From Perkinsus chesapeaki ATCC PRA-425 (taxonomy: Eukaryota > Protista > Perkinsozoa), in assembly GCA_013115145.1 (NCBI GenBank), contig JAAPAO010000013.1, forward strand, positions 78,342 to 142,341: a DNA stretch of 64,000 nt. The letters are read 5' to 3'. Of this stretch, positions 48,916 to 61,400 are shown one piece after another. The position numbers were made by a program, and so were the translations under genes. The notes beneath the pieces are model-generated. The model was given only the letters and a program-made list of their open reading frames with translations. It was not told the origin of the DNA and made no database searches. Position 1 is the first letter of the stretch. Each line of letters opens with the position of its first letter.

Positions 48916-50536
48916 ATGTTGCCTCTGGAGCCCTTTTCGACCTCTGTGGTCCTTCTGGTAGTGCTTGTGGTCATTGCGTTAGTGGTGATATTCTATCCCT
49001 ATATTGTATGGAGGAAGGAGGCTGCCTCTCTTGAAGGCGTGCAGTCACCGTAATATTTTCATACCGTATTTCCCTCGGATCGTCTATTGTTTAGGGTGGC
49101 TCGGATATCTTGGTCTGGTGTCAGCGTCCACGAGGCTATCAACGAAATCTACACAGAAGCCTCTGTGGATCTGAGCATGGTAGCAGCTCCCCGACTCGGC
49201 CGTTTCCCCAGCCCGGTTTATTAGGTGGTCCCTGCCCATAATGAATCAGAAAGACTCCCCCTTATGTACAAGGAGACTATCGGGGTAGGTGTGTTGAATA
49301 ACAATGACACTTTACCATGCTCTCAGTACCTTCGGAGACGCTTGGACCGTAACCCTTCCATGACCTGCGAGGTGAGTCTGATTCGCGAACTCCATCTCCG
49401 ATTCGAACGCTTCGAGGAGTCCTCGCGCTCGCACTGGGGAATCCTCAACTGTGATTTGTCAATAAGGACATAAGATACTCTCTTGGCCACCATGAAACTA
49501 CCACAATCTAAGTCCCTCAACTCCGTCACTGTCACATGCTTGTTCTGCCTTGTAAATCTGCCTCTTAGATTATCATAGTGAACGATGGTTCTAGAGACGC
49601 TACCGAGGCAGTTGCCCTTCGTCTGGCCCGAGAGAACACCTTCTCTCCTAATGTCACCACTCGAGTTGTTGGCCTGGCCCGAAATATGGGCAAGGGAGCT
49701 GCGGTGAGTTCGGCGATAAGTCGTACAGATGAGGATGTCATATGTATAGGTACGATACGGCGTGAGATGCTCTCGTGGTCGAAGGATCTTAATGGTCGAC
49801 GCTGATGGAGCTACTAGAATTGATGATCTAGATCGCCTTGAAGAGGTCATGGACAGAGACCCGAACATTTCTGTGGTAAGGCTCTATCTCGGCAGAGGCT
49901 CCAATGGGTTGTTACAGGCCTTTGGTTCGAGAGATCATCTCCGGGCAACTGATGCTGTGGCGAAGCGAAGCCCTCTGCGGAATGTAAGTTCGCTGCCTAG
50001 GAATCTCCTCGAGAATCTTTCAGGTTTTTATGGGCGGTTTCCACTTTGTCGTTTGGTTGATTGTTGGTAAGTCCACTTTACTGTACAAGCTTCACTAAGA
50101 TCCCTCAGGTACATCCATCCGAGATACACAGTGTGGCTTTAAGCTATTCACTAGGGATGCTGCTAGGGACATATTTAGCACCCTTCATCTCAATCGATGG
50201 GCCTTCGATATCGAGATTGTCTTATTGGCCCAATTCATGGGCCTTCGAGTGGTGGAGGTAGCCTCTACCGCTCCTTCCTCTCATCACGCCCGTATCTTAG
50301 GTACCGGTGAACTGGACTGAGATACCAGGATCGAAACTTCACGTCATATCGGCCAGCCTGCAGATGCTGCGGGACATTGCGAGTGTAAGCATCTCCTTGG
50401 TTCGCATACCCATCCTTGGTCTCAGGTTCGAATATTCTATGCTGTTGGTCTGTGGCAGGTGGAGCCTCCAAGCCCCTGCCGAGCGGGTGAGCAGAGACCG
50501 TCTGCAGCAGCACGCTTTGAATTCTGCTTCCCTTAG
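48916..50536 (+). CDS. ALG5: Dolichyl-phosphate beta-glucosyltransferase (GT2), multi-exon
   Basis: N-terminal TM segment, VPAHNESERLP, VNDGSRDAT, NMGKGAAV, ILMVDADGAT, FGSRDHL, DTQCGFKLF, VNWTEIPGSKL; the stop position is approximate. Confidence 0.9.
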
Positions 50537-50900
50537 TTACACGTTCCAATGAGAAGTCGAGATGAAGAGATGTTCCTCCTCAAGCATACCTGTCCATTCA
50601 TCGTTTTTCATAGCAGCATCAGTATCGCCACTTTAACCAGTTTTTGGTGTAGTTGTCAATTAGGAGCGGTGAACTATATGAGAATAAGTTAACTTCGCCG
50701 ACGTTCTTGTTTATTAACGCCTATTCTCTTTGACACAATTATCATTACCAAGTAGAACCGTTAATAAGGCACTGTACTCGAATAAGACATCAGTGCGCTG
50801 ATTAGCTATGTTGTATTAGTCACATATAGGGTAGCACCGCCACACCGTTCTCCTACCCACGGCATTCTAAGGCTTCGAATCTAACCTTTAGATTCCTCAT

Positions 50901-53900
50901 ATGACTCTTCTCACTAAAACAATTCATCGCATTACCAGGCGCTCTCAGGCGGGCTTAGCAGAAGTAGCGGAGTCCACTCCTACCGGTAAAGAAAAGCTCG
51001 ATGCAAGCACACAGACAGAAGACATCATCCACGTTGATGCCAGTATAACCACGGACACCAACTGTTGTGATAGAAGGACCCAAACGACCGACAGAGCTAC
51101 GAGAGACCAATGTAGAAGATAAAGACATAGGCAGCTGGGAACCTCACTGAACTCAGACACTGAAACAGAGAAACCATCTAGAAAGGAACAAGGCATAGTT
51201 GCCGATGTTTGGATGGACAGTGGGGAGGATAAGGCCACCTGCACTGTAGCGATACCTTCAAGATGCCAACGGACCCAAACGGATGAAGTCACAGCATGGT
51301 ATGTGTTCACTTAGATTCCGTATTGGGATTCTGCAAGTCGAGGAACTAATTTAACCTTTGTGATCTCGAAATGCAATCACAGCGGAGACCATGCGTGGGT
51401 CTCCAACGAAGCTGCTCAACTTGATAAGGCTGGTTGATCTCCTAACCAGGTTTTTCTCCCCCACTCTCACCGGAACCCGACACTACCAAGCTGAGCTAAC
51501 AAGACTGTTCAATTTCCTTTTTGGTCCATGGAAGGAGGGCGAAATTGATCCCGACTCTCAGATAGCTCATCATTCGTATGTGCGTAAACTTCAAGCAAGG
51601 CTGGTGGGATAATATCACCTTCTTTGCTTTGCCCAGCTGCTTAGTTAGGTTTTGCTGCAGCAAGAGCTTGACTACGCCAAGTCTATGAACTTGGATGACA
51701 TCAAGCGGTCATTAAAGAGGCACGATTCCTCTGCCCCGACCATGCAGGCACCCCCACAACGCGCGATGCAGTGGGCTCGGGAAGCCAGTGCGAATGAAAC
51801 TGTCGAGGACGTACCGCAGTTGTATGAAGTCCGTGCTCCTGAGGGGATAGATGTTTTGGATTTTCCCTGCATGCATGCTGACAAAGTCGGGTATCTTGAA
51901 AGAGGCTCCCAGTTTGTAGCGAGGAGCTGCTTCCTGGCTTTACAGCCTCGCGGATGGATATCACTTGGTGGGCCAGAAGCACTAATTAAAGGCATCATCA
52001 GTCTCTCGTGACCAGCACTTGAGTTCAAGACAATCGACAATAAAAGTCATACAGAGACGAAACCAAGGCTCCTAAGTCTTGATGGTCATCACTCATATGC
52101 ACCTTCGGGCGTCCAAGATTAGGATATGAAGCCTTTGAATTCGCAGTCCAGGTGCACTTGAAGCCTCCAGTCGCCTCAAGTGTACCAAGACATGGTCTCA
52201 GGCCCAAGCCAAAGGCAAAATCGGCGTTCCGGCCCCAACCACGCAGACCACCGTCTCCACTCATATCTCCAGAAGAACTAGCGGAGGCAACTCCAAAGTG
52301 GACACCTTCTAGGCGAACTCTACGACAAGAACTGAGGAACCCAGAAGCCAAGTCCGCTGCCACGAAGGTCCATGCGAACCTCAGAACGGCTGATCCACCT
52401 CCACCGAAGCAAGCTAACAATTCGCCGGGGGCACCAAGTGGCTCACGTGGAAGATACCCGCCGACGGAAGGCGCACCCCGAGGGGCACCGTTGCTGGCTG
52501 CTAAGGTGGTGCAAGCAACAGCTCCTCGGATGAGGGCTCTTCGGGCTATGAGAGCCGCGGCGAAGCCTGATGCATACAAGAGGAGCGCAGCAGAGGCAAC
52601 AAGGAGAATACCATCCCCGATGGAGGTGTATCCACCTCCTCGAACAGGATGGCCACAAAGTGTCAAGTCTAAGCTGGCACTTATAGCGGCTGCTAGAATG
52701 ATGAAGCCTGACGCACGATCAGTGGGTGATGCTGGACAGCCTAATGTATACGAAGATACTGAACCGGACACAGTGGCCAGGCCCACCGAGGAGCATGTAA
52801 ACTCAGTCGCCAAGGAGGATGTCAAGTCAGCAGATATTTCTGGAGTAAAGCATTTTGTATCCGAGAGTGCCTTGGTGATGGATCGCCAACCGCGGCGTGA
52901 GCTATCAGCTGACGAGGAGATCACCCCCTCTCAAGAGCCTCGTGAAGATTCCTCGTCTCTGAGCTCTCTCAATACCCAAGACGGTTATGCAATCCAAGCT
53001 GAGAGTCCGATAACTGATAAGACAGCCGAAAAGACATCGGAGCCTCCAGCACCAGTGTTAGACGAGCCCGCGTCTTCGAATTCCATTAGCAGTAAAGCTG
53101 TTGAACGAGCTGAGAAGAGAGGACGCAAGAAGCAGCAAGTTGTTTGTATATCGGTGCCCGTCGACGACCTTCGAAGTGCTTTTGGGGACGAAGCTGCCTT
53201 CTGCAGGGAATTTGCTAACTCGGCTGCTATGCGGCTTTTCTTGGGGTAACCTTGTCAGAGCTCGGGAGGACATTGTCTCTTGGGCAGATGCTATCGTGCA
53301 GCTGTGAGAGTGCGCGGCTTCAAGAGGATACTAGATAGGGTCGAGCTAGAGATAGGTGTTGGCATATTCGGGGACAGCGACACCTGCCCTGGAGGTGAAC
53401 GTTAGATAATTACTTCGCGCCTGGAGACCTCGCAGGGCTGATCGCCACGGGCTTCACTATGGGGTACCACAGCTCTCCTTGGTCAGGATTTGCCGAGTGC
53501 CGCCATCCTGGGATATCTCTGGATGCAACTGCTTTAGCGTGCAAGCTTTGTCGAGTTATCAGAAACAAAGAGCCTGACATGTTCGATAGCGTCTATCCAC
53601 AGTATGATCACCTTTTCAAACGGTACTGCCATCTTCAGCAGGGTGCATACTTGGCTTGATCGACTCCGCCTTTCAGTGCCGTGGTGCTGACGCCTGAGGG
53701 CCGCTTTCGTGAAGCTTTCGATGAGCACCTTGCAGCGGTTCAAGTGAGCCGACTTACCGCGAATCTGCTGGTGGCAACTCCTTCGGTAGGCCCAGCTCGA
53801 CCGTTTTTCCATTCGTCCGCCCTGGCAAGCCCAACAACCAACCCAGGAGGAGTGAGTCATTAACTTCGTCGTTTAATGTCGGGCGCTGTTATCCTCAGAA

Positions 53901-55520
53901 CAGCATCGGCAATGGTGATTCAACGACACTGGCGTGAGGCTAAGGGCCAAGAGATCCTTCGGAGTGAGGAGTTTAATGGACCATCACAATTGTCGAAGGC
54001 ACGTGTTCTCTGCTGCCGAGCTCTGGAATTTGCTCTTACAGAGACCTTGGCGGGACCAGCGGAGTTCAACTCCGTGGACGGCAGATCACATGACAGCTCA
54101 CATGCCTCAGCATGATGTAACCCTTGACTCAGTAATGTACTGTATACTATCCTCCACGGAGTAGGTGTACCCTTCCTCCAAGGCAGCTCTAATAGAGAAC
54201 TATCTTAACCCTTCCATGTTCTTTACTGAGCGTACTACTAACTTTCACGAGGCTCTGCAGAACGATGACAGAAAGTCAACTGCGCGTCACATAAAGATTT
54301 GCCTCCCAGTAGTCAACACCAAAGTTTTCGGAGACGCCAAGGCTATGGCCCAGCACTTGGAGGATCCAGACGTGATCCCCAAGCTCCTCGGGTATATAGC
54401 ATTGTCTGGCCGACACACATGCTCGAGAGCAGGTGCTCCGCCGTAATGGCGCGAATAGCGAAATTGACTGTGAAGGGTGACATGCTCATAATGGATGTAT
54501 CTTTGGGTGTCCGAGGAAAGAACGGCCTTTGCTACGGCGAGCATGGTATTGAGAGGCAGAGTATTCAATCAGAAATCACTCAGTGATTATCACTGTGGAT
54601 AAATGCCTTTAATTATTAAAGGCATCACAATATTAATCACATTATTAAAGTTTAATAGAGTCTTCTGGAGAGCCGGAAGTTACGAATCGGAATGAGTTGC
54701 ATTGCTTTATCATAAAAGCTCCAACGAGGAGCTTCTGCGGTCCCCGCCTTTGCAGCGGTACTGCCTACTAATAGCCTCTCGGTTCAGAACACTGCAACCA
54801 TCTCGGTGCCCCCTCCTATGCCAGCGTGTTACGCACGAAGCTCGCGAAAATGATAGAAGGGTCTCCACAAGCCTTCCGCAACTGCCCTCGGCTCGAAGCT
54901 TTGCTGAAAGGGTGAGCTCCTACACAAGCTACTCAGCTTGCTCTTACGCTGACCTCTTTCCAGAGCTACAATCTGGCAACCATCAGATGAGCCGGAGAAC
55001 AAGGTCGCAGACGAAACGGCACCTCGTGATCCTGTTGACAGGCGCAATAGCGTAAGTGGACTTGTGCGACTTGGCGAAACTCGACAGTAGTCCCCTTCAG
55101 GTCCTCAACCAGGCAGCTCAGCGTATTCAGCGCTGTTTTCGGCGACATCTGAATCGTGATGGGTGGTCGCATTACGGCACTCTGGTCTGGAAGCTAGCAG
55201 ATGAGCCAACTTGGCGGCAAATAGAACGGTGCCAGAGCAGCATTATTGCGCTTGCACCCTCATGCAGGTTTACTGACTCAGCAATAACTATTCAACAACA
55301 CTTTAGGAAATGGCGTGCTTGGAGACGTGCCAAGCTACAGGCAGCTCGGGTGAAGAAGCAACCCCATGTAGCCCTCCCCATCTTGAGAACCCTGCACAAC
55401 CTTCCAGGTTCAATGGGTTCACAAAGGTAACTGCATCGATGTTCCGTGGAAGAAGTCGAAGAGGGTTATCTCGTGATGGCTATGTGCCTGTAACATTGCC
55501 AACCGGCAGTTGCACATCTA
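50901..55520 (+). CDS. Large hypothetical protein(s) with TQT motifs, an SH3-like segment, a low-complexity middle and IQ calmodulin-binding motifs
   Basis: STQTE/RTQT motifs (50901-51300); YEVRAPEG...VGYLERGSQFV...GWISL (51652-52011); IQRHWRE (~53910), IQRCFRRH (~55105), IQQHFRKW (~55290). Exon connectivity is uncertain. Confidence 0.5.
54574..54657. repeat. Chain of four short perfect palindromes, each with a 1-nt centre, at an exon/intron junction and within the intron
   Basis: aatcact-c-agtgatt (54574-54588), cagtgat-t-atcactg (54581-54595), atgcctttaat-t-attaaaggcat (54603-54625), tattaaa-g-tttaata (54643-54657). Confidence 0.88.
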
Positions 55521-55886
55521 TAGGGTGTTTGGTTTAACAGTTGAGCCTCATCCTATGTGGTCCACACTATGACTTGTACCTCGAAAGAAGGTGTTACCTT
55601 CGGAAACAGCAGCGGTGCGGCTCGGAGAAATCATTATCTTATTCCCATGAAGCTCTTGCTCCAAATTAGCGTGTCCGAAGTCAACCCTACCAGAATCGTG
55701 CTGGCAATTGTACACTCTGAGTTACCTACCACTTGAACGCAAGCAACATAGTGCAAAAAAGAAAGAACAGGATATTAGTAGTCGTTACGTTTCTACTCCT
55801 TAACAGCGCTTATAATTACTAGCTTATACACCACATGTTTACCCTGCCGGGGCAAGCGTACCACGCGGCAAAAATTGGGCGGCTGT

Positions 55887-57185
55887 CTAGAAGTCGCGGT
55901 ATGAAACGCTATAATCATCCGACTCTTCGTCGTCGTCATCATACGACTCTTCGTCTTCGTCGTCGTCATCATAATCAGAACCATACAATTCGCGCTCTTC
56001 CTCCTCCATATATTCCATATCAAATCCATGATCCTCATGACGGGTATAACTAACATAATGCCTTAGCTGTAGCACCGAGTGTACCGTGCAGAATGCTATC
56101 CTATTATCTCTAACCGCCTCTCTTCGACCTCTAATCGCTATATAAGCCTTCCAATCATCACTGATACTAAGTGATACTATGTCCTCATAACCGAAGCACT
56201 CATATTCGCATGGAGGCGCTAGATCCATGGGGCAGTGGGACTCCGGTCTGGCAACCACCGCGTCCTTATATATGTCATAAACGTAGAACATCTCATCTCG
56301 CTGTCCACCAAAGGACCCGGCGCATACCCTACCATTCGTAAAAGGCACGAAGCGGCAAGTAATAGCCTTGTGCTCCGGACACTCCTTGACAATACCCACG
56401 CCTCTCCTCCACAGACATAGAGCTCCTTTAGAGTTGCCTTTGGTAAATAGAACGTGGCTAGGACGGCCTTTGTCCAGAATGGCGTCGTGGAAGATTGGAT
56501 CAGCAATAATGAAGCCAGGGTCCCATTCGTCTTCATCGTCCCAAACACTTTCCCGTTCCGTATCGCGGGTGAGTCTGAGCACTTTAGTGAATTCGCGGGA
56601 CTTGGGACTAAGCATGTACAGCCAATCGGTCTCCATGCCTACCAGAAATAGATATCCTTTTACTGGCTTCATCTGACGGCATAGCTCCGGTAGTTCTATA
56701 ATTACTGGGGCGGAAGGACCTCGCGATACTGGCCTCCTAAACAGGTGCAGCGGCTCTTCTGCCAAAACGTAATAAAATTGGCCATTAACAAGACAGCTTT
56801 GGGACACAGCACCGTCCAACTCAAAGAGAGTCTCTGGTCGCCTTCCGCTAGCATCACTCATGGGCAACTGCTTTCTCTGGTTAACGTTCAATAGAGGAAG
56901 AAGAGAATGCGGCTTCACCTGTGGTCCACCATGCAAGCTCATGGCCACAACGGTGCTTGGGCCGACCATGCCCACAATGTGCTCTGGTTCTTTAGCACCC
57001 ATACAATCTGACTCAATTGGTACAAAGGTTCTGGGCAGCCTAGTCCCCTTGACATGACCACAAATGTTGGGGTAGGTAGGAGGGAGATAGTCCCATACAG
57101 GATTAACAAGATCATCACACTTGTCACCAAGGTAACCATGCAAAGCTTGTAGTCTGGCAGCAGCTAGGGTAGGGGCAGTAGCCAT
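55887..57185 (-). CDS. Intronless hypothetical protein, beta-strand-rich (possible beta-propeller) with an acidic C-terminal tail
   Basis: Single 438-aa ORF (probable start MATAPTL); N-terminal helical VNPVWDYLP motif, repeated short hydrophobic strands, D/E-rich tail. Confidence 0.75.
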   Translation of the reverse strand: MATAPTLAAARLQALHGYLGDKCDDLVNPVWDYLPPTYPNICGHVKGTRLPRTFVPIESDCMGAKEPEHIVGMVGPSTVVAMSLHGGPQVKPHSLLPLLNVNQRKQLPMSDASGRRPETLFELDGAVSQSCLVNGQFYYVLAEEPLHLFRRPVSRGPSAPVIIELPELCRQMKPVKGYLFLVGMETDWLYMLSPKSREFTKVLRLTRDTERESVWDDEDEWDPGFIIADPIFHDAILDKGRPSHVLFTKGNSKGALCLWRRGVGIVKECPEHKAITCRFVPFTNGRVCAGSFGGQRDEMFYVYDIYKDAVVARPESHCPMDLAPPCEYECFGYEDIVSLSISDDWKAYIAIRGRREAVRDNRIAFCTVHSVLQLRHYVSYTRHEDHGFDMEYMEEEERELYGSDYDDDDEDEESYDDDDEESDDYSVSYRDF

Positions 57186-57679
57186 TATAACAGGGCAAAC
57201 CAACTGATAGTGAAGTACAGACGACTGCTATGTCCTCCAATGTAGGGCAATTGGGTGAGATAATACAACAAAGACATTTACTTTGTCACCAAGACATGCA
57301 TCAAATCTAAATGCCCATGATAGATCTACACTGGAGAACCCCTTCGTCGAGCCAAACTGCTCTAGGGCTTTCTCGGGCATCCTCTTTCCTCGTAAGTAGT
57401 CTCCGAAAAACAAAAAATGCTCCTGGGCGAGCGCGTATGTCGGCGCAAGATTCCAGACAGTTGCTGCTTTTCTGAGCCGCCGATTTGCACATTTTTTTTC
57501 ATCACCGAGTTCTTCGATTGTTAGTATGGATAATCAAGCTGCCCTACAGTTTGCAGAGGTTATTGCCAAGGAGATCGGAGTGCAGACTAAATGGCTCAAA
57601 GATATGGATTTATCAAACGCTAAACCTATACCGCCATCCGAAACGTAAAGGTGGCAGCACTTGAACGGGGGGCATCATC

Positions 57680-58417
57680 AACTGTCTAGATACAAGTCAA
57701 GCTCTATAGCTAAGATACCATCACCGGCAGCTGTGGCCGCGGCCAGCGGTGGTAACGTAGAGGACTCTATCGGAAAGGTAGGTGTTTCCTTAGAATCTTA
57801 GTGAAGATTCCTTTTTAGTCGGTTAAACCTATACCGACACGAGAGAATTTCCGCAAGGCCATTTTCAGCTTTGGCTTTGTCTACGCTCCACAGGAGGAAC
57901 GTACCCGTAAAGTGGGACTGTAGCGAACCCTCTAGTTCGATAAGCTCCTGTATGCAGTTCGACCCTCGACCAGCCAATAATACCGTCTACGGCACTAACT
58001 GTCATGAGCAACGATATCCATTACCACCAAAGGCACTGCGCAACTCCGAGGTAACACAGACCAGAACTGCCGCCTTGATAATAGTGCGGTGATTCTTAGT
58101 ATTATGGTATCACTCGTAAGTGCATAGATGACTTCTACAGCACGAGTGGTGCCTTTGAGGCGGTCATAGAGAAGTAGAAGGCATAAGCTTTAGCTGACGC
58201 ATCATGTTCAATCATTATCGACCTTACCTTGATGTTCATCTAACTGGTGTTGTCTTGTTACCAAACGGATTCCAAGTACGGCGCGGCTGCCCCTTTCGTG
58301 GCAGGGTATGGATTTTGTATTACTAATTCGGGAGCTCCAGTCGACAACAGGTGATTCAGCTGCCGCTTCATCCACTTCAGTACGGTTGCGGCGAGGAGGA
58401 CGCAACCTCATCTTCAC
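57680..58417 (-). CDS. Possible small multi-exon hypothetical gene
   Basis: Exon-like segments MKMRLRPPRRNRTE..., TVLLAGRGSNCIQELIELEG and DSKETPTFP...LDS*; no family recognised. Confidence 0.3.
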
Positions 58418-58459
58418 GGCTGTTAGCTTCGTGAGTCTGCTAGGACGGGCTGCCCATCT

Positions 58460-61400
58460 GTGACCCTTGGTATCTCAGAGCATCATGGCCCTTCTGGTCA
58501 TTGTTCCATGTGTGGTCGGCATGGTAGGAGCGCTCTTCACCTCGGCCATCTGAGTTCTGTGGTGTGCCAGTTCCATGTCCGAAAGCTTCTACGGAATCTA
58601 AGGGAGCGAGAAGCCAAAGAGAAGGAAGACAAACGGACTGCCGCCATTAAGAAGCACGCCCAGCGAGTAGTACACATCGCAGCGATGGCGCGAATCTTCT
58701 CACAGGAGCTCAAGAGAGATCACGCTGGTGGTGAGGGCCAGGTGCCGAGTGACTTGAAGAGAACCGTCTTGGATCTCGGTCGGTTATGTTATCACTCGAC
58801 TGTGTCGTCGATATCCCTTTTTAGTGACCAATCCTCTGTTGATAGCCTGGTGGAAGGAGTATAGCAAAATCCATAATGGAGAAGAAGATGATGAAGATAA
58901 GTTAGCTGATGAGCTCTTTAATGAGAGTATGATGACGTCCATTCGGGAGGAGGACTGTGGCGCATGAGTTTAGAGGCGTATCAATGCAGCAGCTAGAGCT
59001 GCTGCTTATCCAATATCTCACCGGTGTCCTTTGCCTTCTGCTGGAGTTGCGTAGGGGGGAGTGGCGGCAGCGCTTTACTGTTGATAAGATTGATGTTTGT
59101 TTTAATTCATGTCTCAACCGACCCTCGCTGGTGAAGAGCTATCGGACTCGGTACCAGATACTAGAGTAACTCCTTCGTCTTCCAAGGGGGATAGGGTTGC
59201 CTCCGCCGAGCACTCGGGGACGTTGAATGTTCGATCTGCGACGTCGACGTCCGTTCCGATGCCTCACGGTGATGAGGATGAGGAACCCTCTATGTCATCA
59301 GAAGTCAGTGATAGCATTGATGATATTGAAGAGGATAGTGTTTCCATTTCTGACACCTCTAGCGAAGACGACGGAATAGAAAGCTCGATAGCGTCTAAGA
59401 AGGATGCTCTGTTGGAAACCTTAGCGGCCATAGAAGCGGCTCAGCGGGCACGAGTAGTTGTTGAAGGGAATCTTGAGAGAGCTCAGGCCGCACTGGCGAA
59501 GCTGGAGCTGGATAAGGATGCCAAGGAGCGGGAGAACGAGCGTCTTCTAGCTCGACAGATGGAACTCAATCGTCAGATAGCCGCGAGGAGGGAGGGACTA
59601 GCGCTGACAGAAAGTGGTGATACTTTGCGTGTGTTGGAAGCCGCTGAGGAGCGGAGTAGGTTACTGAGAGGGGAAGGAGAGGAAATAGAAAAAGAAAACG
59701 AACGGATGAGGCTTGAAGCTCGTGTGGCTGAGGTACACCTGGGTGAGCTGAAGGGTCAAGTGGAGCGATGGCAAGGGGAATTGGTTAGGCTAAGGGCTGC
59801 ACAGAAGGAGGTAGCTGGGGAGGGAGTAGTGAACGAGATAAAGGCAGAGAATGCTAAGCTGAAGGCTGAGATGGAGACAATGATGGCACGAGAGGAGCAG
59901 AAGGGGGCAGAGCTGGTGATGAAGGATAGGGAATTGGCGGAGAGCGAGGGTAAGCTGAGCAAGTTGGAGGAGGAAATAGAGACACTTAAGAGGGAGCTGG
60001 AGGGTCAACAGTTCAAGGTGGCCGGAGGGGCGGAGGAGGAGGAGGAGGGAGAACAGGGGATGGAAGGGAATGACCTGGTGATCGAGGAAGAGCTAACGCG
60101 CCGCTTGGAAGATACGAGTAGCTTACTGCGAGCAGTAGAGGCTGACAGAGACGAGGCAAAAGATCAGTGGGCGAGGACGGAGAGGGCGATGATGGAGGAA
60201 ATTACCCTGCTGAAAGCCGAACTGCAATCGAAGGAGGAACAGCTTGCACTAGCTTCGGATAACACAGCAGGTATTGCCAATGCGAGCGCTCTCGGAACTA
60301 GTAACGGCGGTTGTAGCGGAGACGTAGAAGCTTTACAGGGCTCGATGGGCTATGGCGGAGAGATCAGAGAGGGCGATGGCGGCAACGGTGGCGGCGGCGA
60401 TGGATCCTCCACGACTGTGAGGCTTGGCCTGGAGCTCCATGTGGCGGGGTTGACGAATAGGGCCGGGCAAGAGGAAGTAGAGAGCATTCGATCAGCAAGC
60501 TCAGCAGGACCTGATTGCCGACCAAGCAACCTGCAAGCAGCTGCTGCAGTGCCATCATCCTCGCGTAGTGTTGGAGTTAACACTCCTATGAAGCTTGGCA
60601 TCGATACTTATGCTGGCACTGATGTGGTTAAAGTGGGCCAAGCAGCAGTTAATACAGATAGGAACGATATGTGCGATGATGGCAGTGGGCTTACGTGGGC
60701 TGAGAAGGATAGGTTAGCGAGGGAGGTAGCAGAGTTGAAGAGTAAGGCAATCGAGTTCAGCAATAAAGCCAGTAGGGTCACGGGAATCGAGGAAGAACTG
60801 AAAGGTGAGGTCTTAGTGGCCTTGGTGTATAGGGACGGCGGTACTCTGTCAGTTCTGGAAAGGAAGAAGGGCGATGCTGTGGACACGTTGGCTCTAATAA
60901 AGAGGCAGATGGATGAGGCTACAGTTTCTAAGGGGAATGCCTTGGCCAGTGCTAAAGCGGAGAAGGAACAGCTCTTGAAGGTGAGGGTTTTATTAACGCA
61001 TGCCGTTCCACTTCAAATGGTGCAGGAGTTGGAGGACATGCGTCACGAGAAGAGACAGGTGGAGAAGGATGTACACGACTTGCGGAAGAATAAGGTGAGA
61101 TGGGGGATCCCTTGAGGGGAGTCATCTTTGGGTGATTAGGAAAGCCTCTGCGAAGAGGAAGAGGCAGCTCGTGCGGAATTTAGAGACGCAGAGAGAAAAC
61201 GGACCGACGTGAGGCGTTATTGCCGTTACTACTTGTCTAGCAGTAGCTTGGTGGACAGGCTATGGAGAAGCTTGAAGCTGTACAAGGGGATCTTAAGCGA
61301 TTTACCAACACTAAACAAGAATTGATGGAGGCGAGGAGGACACGAGACACCCTTGTGGAAGAGAGGGAGAGGATTGCAGGTCATCACTGGAGCCCACGCT

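Noticed and set aside
57526-57648. 40-aa plus-strand ORF MDNQAALQFAEVIAKEIG...
   Set aside because: It looks protein-like but is too short, with no motif or splice partner I could establish.
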